Positions 60,390 to 64,000 of a stretch of DNA of 64,000 bases are shown here, piece after piece. The notes beneath the pieces were generated by a model. The model saw only the letters and a list, made by a program, of their open reading frames with translations, was not told the origin of the DNA and did not search any database. The stretch is from Macrostomum lignano (lineage: Eukaryota), in assembly GCA_002269645.1 (NCBI GenBank), contig NIVC01000885.1, positions 4,695 through 68,694 on the forward strand. The letters run 5' to 3'. How positions within the stretch are numbered: the first letter of the stretch is position 1; each line of letters begins with the position of its first letter. The position numbers and the translations under genes were made by a program.

Positions 60390-61315
60390 AAGGGTGAGGC
60401 TGAATAGGAAAATAGGGTGGGGCTGGAGGGGCGAAGAGGTTGAGGCTGGGGTAGGAGAGGGTGAGGCTGGAGGGGAGGAGAGGATGGGGCTGAAGAGGAG
60501 AGAGTGGGGCTGGGGGAAGAAGGGGGTGGGGCTGGAGGGGACATGAGGCTGAAAGAGAACAAGGGTAGGTCCTGGAGAGAAGGATAGGGGTTGGAAGGAA
60601 GGAGATAGTAGGTTTGTGGGGAGAAAAGGGTGAGGATTCAACTGGAGGACATAGTAGGGCTAGAGGAGGGGACGAGGGGGTATTGAAGGAAAGAAGAGAG
60701 TAGAGGATAGAGGGTAGGAGGACGAGGTTGGAGGAGAAAAGGTGATGTTAGAGAGGAGAAAGGGTGAGGGCTAGACAGGAGGATGAGGCTAACGGAGAGA
60801 AGAGGGTGAGGCTGCAGGGAAGGAGGGTAGGACTGAAGGCAAGGAGGGTAGGGCTAGAAGGAAGGGGGTGGGGCTACAGAAGAGAAGAGGGTGAAAGCTG
60901 GAGGAGAGGGTGAGGCAGTAGGGTAGGAGGGTGGCGCTGGAGGGAAGGGAGGTGGGGCTGGAGGGGAGAAGAGGGTGGAAGCTAAAAGGGAGGGCGGGGC
61001 TAGAGGGAAGGAGAGTGGGGCTGGAGGGAAGGGGGTGGGGCTACAGAAGAGAAGAGGGTGGGGCTGGAGGGAAGGAGGGTGGGGCTGGAGAGGAGAAGAG
61101 GGTGGAAGCTGGAAAGGAGGGCAGGGCTAGAGGGTAGGAGGGTGGGGCTGGAGGGAAGGGGGTGGGGTGAGGCTACAGAAGAGAAGAGCTGGGTGGCTGG
61201 AGGGAAGAGGGTGGGCTAGAGGTAGGAGGGTCGGGCTAGAGGGTAGGAGGGTCGGGCTGGAGGGAAGGAGGGTGGGCTAGAGGGTAGGAGGGTAAGGCTG
61301 GAGGGAAGGAGGGTG
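60390..61315. repeat. Purine-rich low-complexity tract (GGGTGGGGCTGGAGGGAAGGA-like units)
   Basis: Dense G-tracts on the + strand, irregular period. Confidence 0.9.
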
Positions 61316-61394
61316 GGTCCAGGTACAGAGTGGGTCACACTGCTCTGGGTCCAGGTACAGAGTGGGTCACACTGCTCTGGGTCCAGGTACAGAG
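61315..61394. repeat. 32-bp tandem repeat, 2.5 copies
   Basis: GGGTCCAGGTACAGAGTGGGTCACACTGCTCT, two exact copies plus a partial. Confidence 0.9.
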
Positions 61395-62287
61395 AGTAAT
61401 AAATAAGTGCTAATTACACCTGAGCGCAAATTAATTAAGTAAAGCCAAAGTGGTACAGGTGTTAATTACACCCGCGGAAATAATAACACTCAAAGCCGAC
61501 TTAGATCAGGTGTTAATTACACCTGTTTTACGTCATAGACAATTTCAATTATCGCGGAGGCCCAACATCGGCCAGCAGGCCGGGGTCGGCGACAAGCTCT
61601 TCAATGTCTTCAAGCTCTTCAATGTATTTGTTTAGCTTCATTTTTTCCCCATTTCAACACTTTAAAAAAGAATCAATAATACAAATAAATCGAATGCGCG
61701 CTTGGAGGAATTCATCCGCCTAAATTTGTTTTCTGGTCTTTTTATAATAACCAAGATTATAGGTCATACTGCTCTCAATGTACCTGTAGATGAGCCTGAG
61801 CAAAAGCTGAGAGATCCTTTCCTTTTCATGGCGTTGAGCGTGGTCCATGGAGACGCCAGCTATTCTGGAGAAGTCTTGTTTTAAATTAAGATCCTTATAT
61901 CTAGAGTGACACCCAATAAGGCTGCAGAGTCAAAGCATTGTATGTCGTCCTTGCCAAGTTTAAGTGAAGGCTTTTCGGGGCCCTGTGATGTGGTCACCTA
62001 GCTTTGTGCTTAAAGAACTGGCCTTATGGTTTTTGTTGGATTAATGGTGATGCCAACGTCGTCCAGCCATTTTTTCCAAATCAAAAAAATTCAGCACTCT
62101 TTCTGGAGAAAAATACATGTATATCAAAAGTTGCTAAAAAGTGGGACGTGGGAGGCCAGGTACCATTGATGGCCCCGGCCCTCCTACTTTAAAAGTAGTG
62201 GGGGCATGGCCCCACTGCCCCCGTTCCGACGCTTGTGATTATATAGGTAAGGAGTGAATATATACCAGGCCTTGATAGGAGACAGAA

Positions 62288-62356
62288 TCACCCTTGAGGG
62301 ACGCCGCGCGGCTTGAAGGCTTCGCTGATTGCCTCACCCTCCTCGATTTGAATCAC
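62288..62356 (-). mobile_element. Possible short non-LTR RT remnant (GVPQG motif)
   Basis: VIQIEEGEAISEAFKPRGVPQG, with a +1 shift continuing DSVS; a short match only. Confidence 0.35.
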
Positions 62357-62479
62357 CTGTCATCAAGATTAGCTGGAGACGATCCCGACTATGCTGAGAG
62401 AAATATAAGTATCACATTCAAAAAAACTTACTTACGCCTAGCTAATTATAGATACATGTATAGTTGTGTCAGACACCCA

Positions 62480-64000
62480 CATCTCCGCTCCAGCCTACTC
62501 AACTCCGCTCCAGCCTACTTATCTCTGCTCCAGCCTACTTATCTCCGCTCCAGCCTACTCAACTCCGCTCCAGCCTACTCATTTCCGCTCCAGCCTACTC
62601 ATCTCCGCTCCAGCCTACTCATCTCCGCTCCAGCCTACTCAACTCCGCTCCAGCCTACTCATCTCCGCTCCAGCCTACTCAACTCCGCTCCAGCCTACTC
62701 ATCTCCGCTCCAGCCTACTCAACTCCGCTCCAGCCTACTCATCTCCGCTCCAGCCTACTCAACTCCGCTCCAGCCTACTCATCTCTGCTCCAGCCTACTC
62801 AACTCCGCTCCAGCCTACTTATCTCTGCTCCAGCCTACTTATCTCCGCTCCAGCCTACTTATCTCTGCTCCAGCCTACTCAACTCCGCTCCAGCCTACTT
62901 ATCGCTGCTCCAGCCTACTTATCTCCGCTCCAGCCTACTTATCTCTGCTCCAGCCTACTCAACTCCGCTCCAGCCTACTTATCTTTGCTCCAGCCTACTT
63001 ATCTCCGCTCCAGCCTACTCATCTCTGCTCCAGCCTACTCAACTCCGCTCCAGCCTACTTATCTCTGCTCCAGCCTACTTATCTCCGCTCCAGCCTACTT
63101 ATCTCTGCTCCAGCCTACTCAACTCCGCTCCAGCCTACTTATCTCTGCTCCAGCCTACTTATCTCCGCTCCAGCCTACTCAACTCCGCTCCAGCCTACTC
63201 ATTTCCGCTCCAGCCTACTCAACTCCGCTCCAGCCTACTTATCTCTGCTCCAGCCTACTTATCTCCGCTCCAGCCTACTTATCTCTGCTCCAGCCTACTC
63301 AACTCCGCTCCAGCCTACTTATCTTTGCTCCAGCCTACTTATCTCCGCTCCAGCCTACTCATCTCTGCTCCAGCCTACTCAACTCCGCTCCAGCCTACTT
63401 ATCTCTGCTCCAGCCTACTTATCTCCGCTCCAGCCTACTTATCTCTGCTCCAGCCTACTCAACTCCGCTCCAGCCTACTTATCTCCGCTCCAGCCTACTT
63501 ATCTCCGCTCCAGCCTACTCAACTCCGCTCCAGCCTACTCATTTCCGCTCCAGCCTACTCAACTCCGCTCCAGCCTACTTATCTCTGCTCCAGCCTACTC
63601 AACTCCGCTCCAGCCTACTCATCTCTGCTCCAGCCTACTCAACTCCGCTCCAGCCTACTCAACTCCGCTCCAGCCTACTTATCTCCGCTCCGCTCCAGCC
63701 TACTTATCTTTGCTCCAGCCTACTCAACTCCGCTCCAGCCTACTTATCTTTGCTCCAGCTTACTTATCTCCGCTCCAGCCTACTCAACTCCGCTCCAGCC
63801 TACTCATCTCCGCTCCAGCCTACTCAACTCCGCTCCAGCCTACTTATCTCTGCTCCAGCCTACTCAACTCCGCTCCAGCCTACTCATCTCCGCTCCAGCC
63901 TACTCAACTCCGCTCCAGCCTACTTATCTCTGCTCCAGCCTACTCATCTCTGCTCCAGCCTACTCAACTCCGCTCCAGCCTACTTATCTCTGCTCCAGCC
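62480..64000. repeat. 20-bp minisatellite (CTCCGCTCCAGCCTACTCAT)n, runs off window end
   Basis: About 76 units with CAT, CAA and TAT variants. Confidence 0.98.

Noticed and set aside
61404-61525. CRISPR-like mini-array (palindromic 19-bp repeat, 32-33-bp spacers)
   Set aside because: Only three imperfect repeats, spacers share AAAGCC at the same offset, eukaryotic context, and no cas genes.
60295-62395. Intron-containing retroelement (GVPQG piece spliced to the YADD piece)
   Set aside because: Motif order fits, but the candidate donor-acceptor join gives a stop within a few codons, and the GVPQG match is short.

Overview
This is repeat-saturated animal genomic DNA, not prokaryotic. The TTAGGG runs, GC-rich exons and minisatellite-filled introns resemble the flatworm Macrostomum, but that is an inference only. 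From 0.4-24.8 kb there are five co-oriented minus-strand genes, reconstructed exon by exon with phase-consistent splice sites: an Aveugle/SAMD12-like SAM terminal exon, a Polyhomeotic-like PcG gene (HD1-FCS-SAM, 936 aa), a 7-finger zinc-finger gene (400 aa), a stathmin-family gene (251 aa, GC-AG intron) and OSGEPL1/Qri7 (435 aa). Every reconstructed intron, and nearly every spacer, holds its own tandem repeat. From about 24.9-31.2 kb is an AT-rich, minisatellite-free island with gypsy and MULE-like debris. From 31.3-49.2 kb is a nest of non-autonomous Helitron-like elements. Two are full length and joined head-to-tail, one is 5'-truncated, and one is a minus-strand end. The three plus-strand copies carry a degenerate tRNA-like head directly upstream of a 2-4 kb 23-bp satellite; two of them also carry a triplicated terminal module containing TTAGGG repeats. 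An orphan frameshifted TMEM132-like exon lies among them. From 49.2-64 kb are a tRNA-derived SINE, a THAP remnant, RTE-like LINE fragments, a SAP-domain exon, an apparently intact DD34D mariner and further minisatellites. I found no CRISPR array, rRNA or intact tRNA. Most long ORFs in the supplied track are repeat artefacts.
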